Origin: Bacteroidaceae bacterium
GTDB lineage: Bacteria; Bacteroidota; Bacteroidia; Bacteroidales; Bacteroidaceae
DNA: 64,000 bases
Assembly (NCBI GenBank): GCA_017548165.1
Contig: JAFYMW010000007.1
Coordinates: forward strand, 1,720-65,719
Direction: 5' to 3'
The notes beneath the pieces were generated by a model. The model saw nothing but the letters and a program-made list of their open reading frames with translations, did not search any database and was not told the origin of the DNA. Shown piece after piece: positions 56,667 through 64,000 of this stretch; the stretch's first letter is position 1; every line of letters starts with the position of its first letter. A program made the position numbers and the translations under genes.

Positions 56667-56795
56667 TTATTCCTCCTTGTCTTGGTTGGGGTCGGGATAG
56701 CGCCGGTCACCATTACCAACATGCTCCGTCCAAGGACATACGGTACGCTCGTCCTTGTCCTCCTGATCTCCCTTTCTTGTCCAGTATTGTCCCAT
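56667..56795 (-). CDS. candidate 42-aa small protein (MGQYWTRKGDQEDKDERTVCPWTEHVGNGDRRYPDPNQDKEE)
   Basis: Below the ORF-track cutoff; found by hand. The ATG is 30 nt after the sufE stop, with an A/T-rich leader. Its TAA is followed directly by the same C6 tract seen after three other stop codons in this window. Confidence 0.25.
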   Translation of the reverse strand: MGQYWTRKGDQEDKDERTVCPWTEHVGNGDRRYPDPNQDKEE

Positions 56796-56825
56796 ACAAT
56801 GAAAATTATAATGTTAAGTGAGGTT

Positions 56826-57248
56826 TCATCCTTGCCTCTGGCTGAACACCAGGGCATACATCTTCATCTGCTTGAGCATGGCCAGAAGACCATTGGAGCG
56901 TGTGGGCGAAAGATGCTCGCGCAAGCCTATCTGCTCAATGAAATAAAGGTCGGCATCCAATATATCCTTGGGCGACTGGTTGTTGAACACACGCACCAAC
57001 AATGCCACTATGCCCTTTACAATCAAGGCATCGCTCTCGGCTTGAAACTGTACCTTACCATCTACGAGGTCTGCCTGAAGCCATACACGACTTTGGCAAC
57101 CATCGATAAGGTTCTGCTCGGTCTTGTACTGAACAGGGAGTTCGGGCTGATCGCTACCCATATCTATGAGCAACTGGTAGCGGTCAATCCAGTCGTCAAA
57201 GTCCTGGAATTCCTCAATTATCTGGTCTTGTATTTCGTTGATTGTCAT
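56826..57248 (-). CDS. sufE: SufE-family sulfur acceptor protein
   Basis: 140 aa with the conserved Cys context LIDGCQSRVWL. Confidence 0.9.
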   Translation of the reverse strand: MTINEIQDQIIEEFQDFDDWIDRYQLLIDMGSDQPELPVQYKTEQNLIDGCQSRVWLQADLVDGKVQFQAESDALIVKGIVALLVRVFNNQSPKDILDADLYFIEQIGLREHLSPTRSNGLLAMLKQMKMYALVFSQRQG

Positions 57249-57285
57249 AAGTTTTGTATCTAGATAGTCTATATGCTATGGGTAA

Positions 57286-58293
57286 TTATTTTTGTTCGTT
57301 GTATAGGAGCTGCAATACAGTTTGTCCTACGGCCTCAAGAACATTCTTGTCGATATTCTCGGGGGTGTCGTTGACAGTATGCCATGTGGGACCAAAGCTG
57401 CTGGGACCATCACTGAAATATGGCACGATGTCGATACATGGAATACGTGCAATGGTGTTGACATTAATGTGATCGTCAATCAGCGAACCACCATCCTTGT
57501 GAGGGAAGAACTGGGCATAGCCAAGACTGGCAGCAAGATTCCAAACCTTCTTGACAAGATGGTTGGCAAAATAGACACTCACCTCTTCGCGAGCAAATGT
57601 GGCACCACGACCGCCAACCATGTCAAGCAAAATGCCATAGTGAGGTTTGTAGCCTGTGGAAGCAGCATTCTCTGCCCATACCTTGCTACCCAAACACCAG
57701 GTGTCCTGATCGTTCTCTAAAGGTTCTGCCCATTCGGGAGTACCCATATCCTCGGCATCAAAACAGATGAAGTCTACACCAACACCCTGCAAAGGGGTCT
57801 GTTGTATCTGACGTGCTATCTCTATCATCACCGCCACACCACTGGCACCATCGTTGGCACCAAGAACGGGGGTTTTGTGGTTTGCCTCGTCGGGATCGTT
57901 ATCTGCCCAGGGACGAGTGTCCCAATGAGCACAAAGCATAATGCGATGTGTGGCCTCGATATTGGTACTGGCAATGATATTACGACATGGCATGCGCGTA
58001 CCATCCCATACCGTGACTTCTGACTTCTGCTCGCCTACGGCACATCCCATTTCAGAGAACTTTGCCTTGATCCATTCGGCACAAAGATTGGCCTCGTTAG
58101 TTCCCAACAGACGAGGTCCAAATGCACACTGGTCTTCGATATACTGGAAAGCACTATCGGCAACGAAAATAGGACACTCCTTGTTGGCAGAAGTCTGGGT
58201 GGTCTGCGACTTGTTACCCGACGAACCCGAACAGGCAACCATCGCCAACAAGGTGGCAAGTATCATTAAAATATAGAATGTATGTTTCATCAT
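57286..58293 (-). CDS. glutaminyl-peptide cyclotransferase-like M28-family lipoprotein
   Basis: Start MMKHTF; lipobox AMVAC|SGS. Metal-site blocks CAHWDTRPWAD, GANDGASGV, FDAEDMG, LLDMVGG, DDHINV match animal-type glutaminyl cyclases known from oral Bacteroidota. Confidence 0.8.
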   Translation of the reverse strand: MMKHTFYILMILATLLAMVACSGSSGNKSQTTQTSANKECPIFVADSAFQYIEDQCAFGPRLLGTNEANLCAEWIKAKFSEMGCAVGEQKSEVTVWDGTRMPCRNIIASTNIEATHRIMLCAHWDTRPWADNDPDEANHKTPVLGANDGASGVAVMIEIARQIQQTPLQGVGVDFICFDAEDMGTPEWAEPLENDQDTWCLGSKVWAENAASTGYKPHYGILLDMVGGRGATFAREEVSVYFANHLVKKVWNLAASLGYAQFFPHKDGGSLIDDHINVNTIARIPCIDIVPYFSDGPSSFGPTWHTVNDTPENIDKNVLEAVGQTVLQLLYNEQK

Positions 58294-60035
58294 AATGGTT
58301 TGTATTGTGTGAGACGACCGGACTGGTCGTTTGTGGCATATTCCTGTGCCTGACGCATGACACGAAGGAAGTTCTCTCCCCATAGCATACGCAAATCGTT
58401 CTCGGAGTAACCCTCGCGCAAGAGAGCACGAGTGAGGTTGATGAGTTCGCCGGCATGTGCCAACCCTGGCACTCCACCATCGCCGTCAAAATCGGTTCCT
58501 ATACCCACATGCTCTATACCCATGACACGCACGGCATGGTTGATATGTCTGACAGCATGAACAATAGAGGCATCGGCATCCTCGCTGAGGAAACCCTCGT
58601 AGAAGGTAACCTGCATCACTCCCCCACTCTTGGCAAGACGACGCATCTGTTCGTCGCTGAGATTACGGGGATGGTTGCACAATGTCTTGCAACTGGAATG
58701 GCTGCACACTATAGGCACCTTGGACATCACTATGGCATCGAAGAAACTCTTCTCGGAGGCATGACTCAGGTCCACCATCATTCCCACCCTATTCATCTCG
58801 CCAATCACCTCGGCACCGAACTTGCTGACACCACCATGCTCTTCATTGCTTTTACGAGCCGAGTCGCAAATGTCGTTATCGCCATTGTGGCAAAGTGTCA
58901 TATACACCACACCACGCTCGCGAAGTTTCTGAATAAGGGAAATATCATGTCCGATGGCATAACCATTCTCCACGCCCAGAATGATGGCTTTCTTGCCTTC
59001 TCGTTTAAGGTTGTAAAGTTGATCGACATTAGCAGCAATCTCTACTTCCGAATGATGAACAGAAACCATGTCCTCTATTTGGGAAAGAATATTCTCTGCT
59101 GTATCTGTTGCCATCTTATGAGCCTCGTCGGTTCGCTCTCCCTGAGGGAGATATGCCACCATGATGGTAGCATCAAGATGTCCATCGTGCATACGAGGAA
59201 GAGTAACCAGACGCTCCTCGCCTGTTGCAAACTTCATAGGTGTGTCGCAATGCGAGTCGAGAGTAAGGATGCGAGAATGTATGCGCTTGGCCTGAGCAAA
59301 GTTCTGCGACTCGTCCACAAGCCAACGGAATATAGGCATATGACTCTTGTCGCCAGCCATAATAAAACATTCAGGATGCCATTGCACACCAATGATACTC
59401 TTGTACTCGGTGCTCTCTATAGCTTCGATGACACCATCTGAAGAATGAGCAGAAACACGGAACCTGCTACCGCACTCGCGCACTGCCTGATGGTGGAAAG
59501 AGTTAACGGGCAACAACCACTCACCCTTTCTGTTTTCATTCAATCCAGCATCATCGAAAATATGCCCAAGCATACTGTTCTTACTGATGAAAGCCGTATG
59601 TGATGCATATTCGCGTGCCAAGTCCTGACTATGCTTGATGAGGGGAGAATCGGTATACTGCACTCCAAGGTCTTGGTACACACTACCTCCCAGTGCCGAT
59701 GCCAACATCTGCACACCACGACATATACCAAGCATGGGAATCTGTAACTGGTATGCCCTACGGATAAGCATGAGTTCGGGCATATCGCGCTCGGGATTGA
59801 TGCCACGCAACTGTGGGATAGGTTCTTCGCCAACGAGAAGTGGATTCATATCTCCACCTCCGCTGAGCAATATGCCATCCAGTTGTGAAAGAAGAGCCTC
59901 GAGGGCCTGTTCGTCTATATACGGAGGAATGACAACAGGACTGCCCCCTGCCTCAAGGATACTTTGATAATATCCTTTTGCCAGTTCGCAGCCCTTGTCT
60001 CCGAAGTTGCCGGTTATACCAATAAGGGGCTTCAT
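58290..60035 (-). CDS. fusion protein: peptidase C26 / class-I glutamine amidotransferase-like gamma-glutamyl hydrolase + M19 membrane-dipeptidase-like domain
   Basis: N-terminal half: GICRGVQML (Cys nucleophile) and VQWHPE. C-terminal half: LDSHCDTP, GVENGYAIG, VDLSHAS, CSHSS, GIGTDFDG. No signal peptide. Confidence 0.85.
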   Translation of the reverse strand: MKPLIGITGNFGDKGCELAKGYYQSILEAGGSPVVIPPYIDEQALEALLSQLDGILLSGGGDMNPLLVGEEPIPQLRGINPERDMPELMLIRRAYQLQIPMLGICRGVQMLASALGGSVYQDLGVQYTDSPLIKHSQDLAREYASHTAFISKNSMLGHIFDDAGLNENRKGEWLLPVNSFHHQAVRECGSRFRVSAHSSDGVIEAIESTEYKSIIGVQWHPECFIMAGDKSHMPIFRWLVDESQNFAQAKRIHSRILTLDSHCDTPMKFATGEERLVTLPRMHDGHLDATIMVAYLPQGERTDEAHKMATDTAENILSQIEDMVSVHHSEVEIAANVDQLYNLKREGKKAIILGVENGYAIGHDISLIQKLRERGVVYMTLCHNGDNDICDSARKSNEEHGGVSKFGAEVIGEMNRVGMMVDLSHASEKSFFDAIVMSKVPIVCSHSSCKTLCNHPRNLSDEQMRRLAKSGGVMQVTFYEGFLSEDADASIVHAVRHINHAVRVMGIEHVGIGTDFDGDGGVPGLAHAGELINLTRALLREGYSENDLRMLWGENFLRVMRQAQEYATNDQSGRLTQYKPL

Positions 60036-60102
60036 TAGCGGTGAGTGATTAACGATGAGCTTTTAATGATGAGCGGTAAAAAAAAGAAGAGGGGATGGGC
60101 CA

Positions 60103-60615
60103 TTAGTCGAGAATCTTCTTCCAGTCCTCCTCCATCATTGGCTTCTCCTCGGCGTGCAAACCACCGATAGGCAACTCCTTCTTAATGCTCTGGGTGAGAG
60201 AAATCAATGTCTCTGTGCTCACAACACCGTTAATCTGTTGCAACTTGCCATTGAGCAACTCCATCAAATGCGAATTGTCCTTGGCATAAAGCTTAATCAA
60301 CATTGTGTAGGGACCTGTGGTATAGTGACACTCCACTATCTCTGGAATTTTCTCGAACTCCTTCACCACATTATTATACATACTACCCTTTTCCAAGGTG
60401 ATACCAATATAAGTACTGGTATTGTATCCCAGACTGGCTGGATTCACATGATAACCGCTACCAACGATAACGTTCATGTCAATCAATCTTTGTACGCGCT
60501 GATGTATAGCAGCACGACTCACACCACACTTTGATGCAACATCTTTAAATGGTATACGTGCGTTATTGGATATAATTTCCAATATCTTTTTGTCGAGAGA
60601 ATCAATTTTTTCCAT
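60103..60615 (-). CDS. Lrp/AsnC-family transcriptional regulator
   Basis: MEKIDSLDKKILEIISNNARIPFKDVASKCGVSRAAIHQRVQRL (HTH) plus a RAM domain. Start trimmed to 60615. Confidence 0.9.
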   Translation of the reverse strand: MEKIDSLDKKILEIISNNARIPFKDVASKCGVSRAAIHQRVQRLIDMNVIVGSGYHVNPASLGYNTSTYIGITLEKGSMYNNVVKEFEKIPEIVECHYTTGPYTMLIKLYAKDNSHLMELLNGKLQQINGVVSTETLISLTQSIKKELPIGGLHAEEKPMMEEDWKKILD

Positions 60616-60856
60616 GGTTTCATTAACATTTTGACACACAAAGTTACGAATAAGCTGGCATTTTTCCAAGGTTTTACTGACTTTTTTTATAAAATATTAA
60701 GTATTCAATGCTATCATAAAGACATTTAACACACCTGTTTCAAGCATTCTACTTTACAAAATGTCAAAATGTTAGCTAACTTCAAACGGGTTTGAGTCCG
60801 CTCAATTGGCTTAACGAAAAGGTTCAAAAATAAGGATATTATCATCATAACGCTAA

Positions 60857-61579
60857 TCACCGATTTGGGTTTAATAAAGGGGCAGGGAGAGAGGTTTTCA
60901 TCAAAGCATGCCACATACTTTGCCTTGCCTCTGGATGAAGATTACAAAGGTTACTCAACGTGTCTTCCATTACAGAACGACGTGTTGTGTCTTCGTAGGG
61001 ACAAGGTTGTATCTGACGTACCAATTCTGCCTCCTGAGCAAAAGTGGCTATCTCATGCTCGGAAACAAGGCATAAAGGGCGTATCATGGTGAGCGGATAG
61101 TGCTCCATTGGCATCGAAGGCCTCATCGAATGAAAAGAACCCTCGTAGAGCATATTCATGAGCATAGTGGCAAGGAAGTCGTCTTGATGATGTCCAAGGG
61201 CAACCTTGTTGAAACTATTATCACGCGCAAAATCAAACAAGGCCTTGCGACGGTAGCGTGCACAGAGGAAGCAACGTGTCTTGCGTTTGTCTGTGCTTTC
61301 GTCAAATGAAGTACGAAGGATGTGCAACCGCACCCCTATGCTCTTACAAAATTCCTGCAGATAGGCAACATCTGTTACATAGGGAATATTCTCCATCACT
61401 ACATGAACAGCCTCGACCTGTATTGATGGTTTGAAAATACGTGCACGCTCTGCCATCAGTTGTGCCATGACAAGCGAATCCTTACCACCAGAAATGGCAA
61501 GCAATATTCTGTCGCCATCGCATAGCAACTCATATTCGGTACAAGCCTTATTGAACTGACGTCTGATTTTGCGTATCAT
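60857..61579 (-). CDS. ttcA: PP-loop ATPase, TtcA-like tRNA thiolation protein
   Basis: PP-loop LLAISGGKDSLVMA and a Cys pair CFLCARYRRKALF. Start trimmed to MIRKIRRQF (61579). Confidence 0.8.
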   Translation of the reverse strand: MIRKIRRQFNKACTEYELLCDGDRILLAISGGKDSLVMAQLMAERARIFKPSIQVEAVHVVMENIPYVTDVAYLQEFCKSIGVRLHILRTSFDESTDKRKTRCFLCARYRRKALFDFARDNSFNKVALGHHQDDFLATMLMNMLYEGSFHSMRPSMPMEHYPLTMIRPLCLVSEHEIATFAQEAELVRQIQPCPYEDTTRRSVMEDTLSNLCNLHPEARQSMWHALMKTSLPAPLLNPNR

Positions 61580-61595
61580 TATATATATAATAGCA

Positions 61596-62162
61596 CTATT
61601 GTGAAAGCATGCGCAGATAATGGTGACCGAAGATAAAGAGGTCGCCTTCGTGTTTGAAACCAAGAGACTCATAGAGAGTCTTGGCACTGAGATTGTTGGG
61701 ATCGCAAGCAAGTATGACAGGCAAGTGCATTTCTCGAGCGACTTCTATGCCATATTGTAGTAATCGTCTGGCAATTCCCTTACCACGAACATGTGGCATC
61801 ACTGCTATGCTGTCTATGTACAGTTCTCCTGGCTGTGCCTCGGCATCCATGCTTTCTACATCAAAGGTAATGAGTTCGTCAAGCATGGCAAACGTACGCT
61901 TACGCATCTGCATATAATCATCTCCCTTGTATGCAACCAGTGCAGCAAGTGGTTTTCCATCCTCGTCTTGTGCAATGATGGTATGTCGCCAAGAGTATAG
62001 TGTGTCGTCCTGAGAAATAGATTCGGCGAGCAGTTCAAGCTTACGCCTGTCCTGCTCGCCAATATGTTCGGGATATCTTTCCATGATGTCATCGCCTAAA
62101 GCCTCCACAACCACAAGGGCAATGAAAGGGACATCGGATATGGTAGCTTTGCGAATTATCAT
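61596..62162 (-). CDS. GNAT-family N-acetyltransferase
   Basis: 188 aa with the acetyl-CoA motif VMPHVRGKGIARRLLQYGIEVA. Confidence 0.85.
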   Translation of the reverse strand: MIIRKATISDVPFIALVVVEALGDDIMERYPEHIGEQDRRKLELLAESISQDDTLYSWRHTIIAQDEDGKPLAALVAYKGDDYMQMRKRTFAMLDELITFDVESMDAEAQPGELYIDSIAVMPHVRGKGIARRLLQYGIEVAREMHLPVILACDPNNLSAKTLYESLGFKHEGDLFIFGHHYLRMLSQ

Positions 62163-62221
62163 AGCTTACTTCGTTAGCTAAACGGAAAGGTTAACGGTGA
62201 GCAAGTGAAACGTATTAGTTT

Positions 62222-62238
62222 TCCGTTTTCATCTTTCA
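62222..62238 (-). repeat. TGAAAGA-TGAAAAC-GGAAAAC starting at the ispG stop
   Basis: TCA on the + strand at 62236 (the stop) and 62229; TCC at 62222. Confidence 0.85.
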
Positions 62239-63615
62239 CCTTTTCAAATCCTCCTCAATGAAACGAAGCAGTCGTTCTACGGCTTCTTCCTCGGGGATGT
62301 TCTTTTCAATACACTCCTTAGCCTTGTAAAGAGACACCTTACCACGAGCAGCACCAACATAACCATAGTCGGCATCGGCCATTTCACCAGGACCATTGAC
62401 AATACATCCCATGATGGCTATCTTGAGTCCTTTCAAATGAGCTGTAGCCGCCTTGATGCGATGTATGGTGCCTTCGAGGTCGTAGAGGGTACGGCCACAA
62501 CCAGGGCAAGAAATATATTCTGTCTTGACAAACTTTATGCGTGCAGCCTGAAGGATAGAATCGGCAAGGTCGCGCAAGACATCTTCAGCAAAACCATCTG
62601 CTTCGATGTTCAGTTCGTGTGCCTTCTTGTCGATAAACAAACCACCCACTGCCATGGAGGCCTTCAGCTGAAGTTCTTCCAGAGATGAGGCTTGCAGACG
62701 CAAGGTTACTGTATCGTCCTTGATACTCTCCTCCGCCTCCTGACGCAGACGATGACACTCGGGAATCATATCCACCAGTTGGAGTGCCACAGGAATCTCC
62801 TTCTCGGGTGCCTCGGAAAGACTCACACGAATAGTATCTCCGATACCCTCTGTGAGCAAAGCTCCGATGCCCACGGCACTCTTGATACGACCATCCTCGC
62901 CTTCGCCAGCCTCGGTAACACCAAGGTGCAGGGGGAAGGTCATGCCTTCCTTTTCCATCTCCTGTACCAAAAGGCGCATGCTCTGCACCATCACCACAGT
63001 GTTGCTGGCTTTGATGGAGATAACGACATTCATGAACTGTTGACGCACACAGATGCGTAAAAACTCCATACAACTTTCCACTATGCCTGCTGGTGTATCG
63101 CCATAGCGCGACATGATGCGATCGGAGAGAGAACCATGGTTCACACCTATTCTCACCGCAGTACCATGCTCGCGACATATATTGAGGAAGGGAATCAAGC
63201 GATCTTCTATCTTCTGAAGTTCTTGAGCATACTGCTCGTCGGTATACTCCAATTGTTTGAACTGACGTGCGGCATCGACATAGTTACCTGGGTTGATACG
63301 CACCTTCTCGCAATAAAGGGCTGCCACATCTGCCACATTGGGATTGAAATGTACATCAGCAACCAAGGGTACAGCACAACCAGACTCACGAACAGCCTTA
63401 CTGATGGCATCCATATTCTCAGCCTCGCGTGTGCCCTGAGTGGTGAGACGTACCAACTCGCCTCCTGCCTCAGCAATGCGCAATATCTGTGCCACACTGG
63501 CATCGGTGTCCATAGTGCTGGTATTGGTCATCGACTGAACACGGATGGGGCTATTGCCACCGATAGTGATGTTTCCCACTCTTATCTCGTGGGACTTACG
63601 ACGTGTGTATGTCAT
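62236..63615 (-). CDS. ispG: 4-hydroxy-3-methylbut-2-enyl diphosphate synthase
   Basis: IRVQSMTNT..., RINPGN, and the 4Fe-4S ligand pair ISCPGCGRT (a third Cys, in MGCIVNGPGE, is consistent with the cluster). Carries a ~90-aa insert domain. Confidence 0.95.
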   Translation of the reverse strand: MTYTRRKSHEIRVGNITIGGNSPIRVQSMTNTSTMDTDASVAQILRIAEAGGELVRLTTQGTREAENMDAISKAVRESGCAVPLVADVHFNPNVADVAALYCEKVRINPGNYVDAARQFKQLEYTDEQYAQELQKIEDRLIPFLNICREHGTAVRIGVNHGSLSDRIMSRYGDTPAGIVESCMEFLRICVRQQFMNVVISIKASNTVVMVQSMRLLVQEMEKEGMTFPLHLGVTEAGEGEDGRIKSAVGIGALLTEGIGDTIRVSLSEAPEKEIPVALQLVDMIPECHRLRQEAEESIKDDTVTLRLQASSLEELQLKASMAVGGLFIDKKAHELNIEADGFAEDVLRDLADSILQAARIKFVKTEYISCPGCGRTLYDLEGTIHRIKAATAHLKGLKIAIMGCIVNGPGEMADADYGYVGAARGKVSLYKAKECIEKNIPEEEAVERLLRFIEEDLKR

Positions 63616-63633
63616 AAGTTTGGATTGGGGGGA

Positions 63634-64000
63634 TTAGTTTACCTTGAACTTATACTTCACCTGCGATAGTTCGGCATTGGCCTTCACAATCTTCTCCTTC
63701 AAGCCCTGCTTGTAGGCTTTCAGTTTTGCGGCAAGCTCGTTGTCGGAGAGTGCCATCATCTCTGCTGCCAGAATAGCGGCATTCAAGGCACCATTAACAC
63801 CAACGGTTGCCACGGGAATACCAGGAGGCATCTGTATGATGGAGAGCATAGCATCCAGACCGTCAAGCATACCCTTGATGGGCACACCGATAACGGGAAG
63901 TGTGGTGCTTGCAGCAATGACACCAGGCAAAGCTGCCGCCATACCAGCACCTGCAATGATTACCTTCACTCCTCTACCCTCTGCTTCGCGTGCAAACTGT
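63634..64000 (-). CDS. purE: 5-(carboxyamino)imidazole ribonucleotide mutase (3' part; 5' end beyond window end)
   Basis: ...[34 protein letters not shown]...[13 protein letters not shown]. The reading frame stays open to position 64000. Confidence 0.9.
   Translation of the reverse strand, partial: QFAREAEGRGVKVIIAGAGMAAALPGVIAASTTLPVIGVPIKGMLDGLDAMLSIIQMPPGIPVATVGVNGALNAAILAAEMMALSDNELAAKLKAYKQGLKEKIVKANAELSQVKYKFKVN

Noticed and set aside
56636-56857. 73-aa minus-strand ORF overlapping the sufE 3' end
   Set aside because: It overlaps sufE by 32 nt and its sequence is not protein-like. The alternative 42-codon frame is more plausible and is reported separately at low confidence.

Overview
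This 64-kb chromosomal segment looks like Bacteroidota, probably Bacteroidales or Prevotella-like. That placement is inference from four things: gene content, TAnnTTTG promoter boxes 25-65 nt upstream of starts, no Shine-Dalgarno sequences, and Gln after predicted signal-peptidase I sites. I support about 55 protein genes and 2 tRNAs. Most are housekeeping: comM (partial), rbfA, aroQ, xerD, pckA, rnc-fabF-acpP, a dsbD-like gene, hup, secDF, korAB, tyrS, miaB-ftsX-uppP-truB-queA-folK, metK, hemD-rnpA-yidD, mutS, dusB, sufE, ispG and purE (partial). I saw no CRISPR array, transposase, phage genes or recognisable defence genes. The least ordinary part is 45.2-54.3 kb. It starts with a 1-kb ORF-free convergent spacer after mutS that holds heptamer repeats, a MITE-like inverted repeat around a perfect 24-bp AT palindrome, and a ~270-nt C/A-only tract. 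An 8-kb, five-gene, same-strand cluster of secreted proteins follows: two PEGA + SUMF1/FGE-fold paralogues, a Pro-rich transglutaminase-fold protein and two LPP20-like proteins. The cluster is bracketed by a ~35-65 bp direct repeat, has no assignable function, and is my best candidate for an undescribed envelope system. Other recurring signals are: (i) 7-nt-periodic stop-codon (TGA/TAA) arrays that begin at native stop codons; (ii) a ~95-nt promoter module shared by the aroQ and metK loci; (iii) C5-6 tracts at intercistronic junctions; (iv) a promoter-to-terminator unit with no ORF upstream of mutS (candidate sRNA); (v) phased 22-bp repeats upstream of metK; (vi) a C26-M19 fusion gene translationally coupled to a glutaminyl cyclase. 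All homology calls are by eye from the translations; no searches were run.
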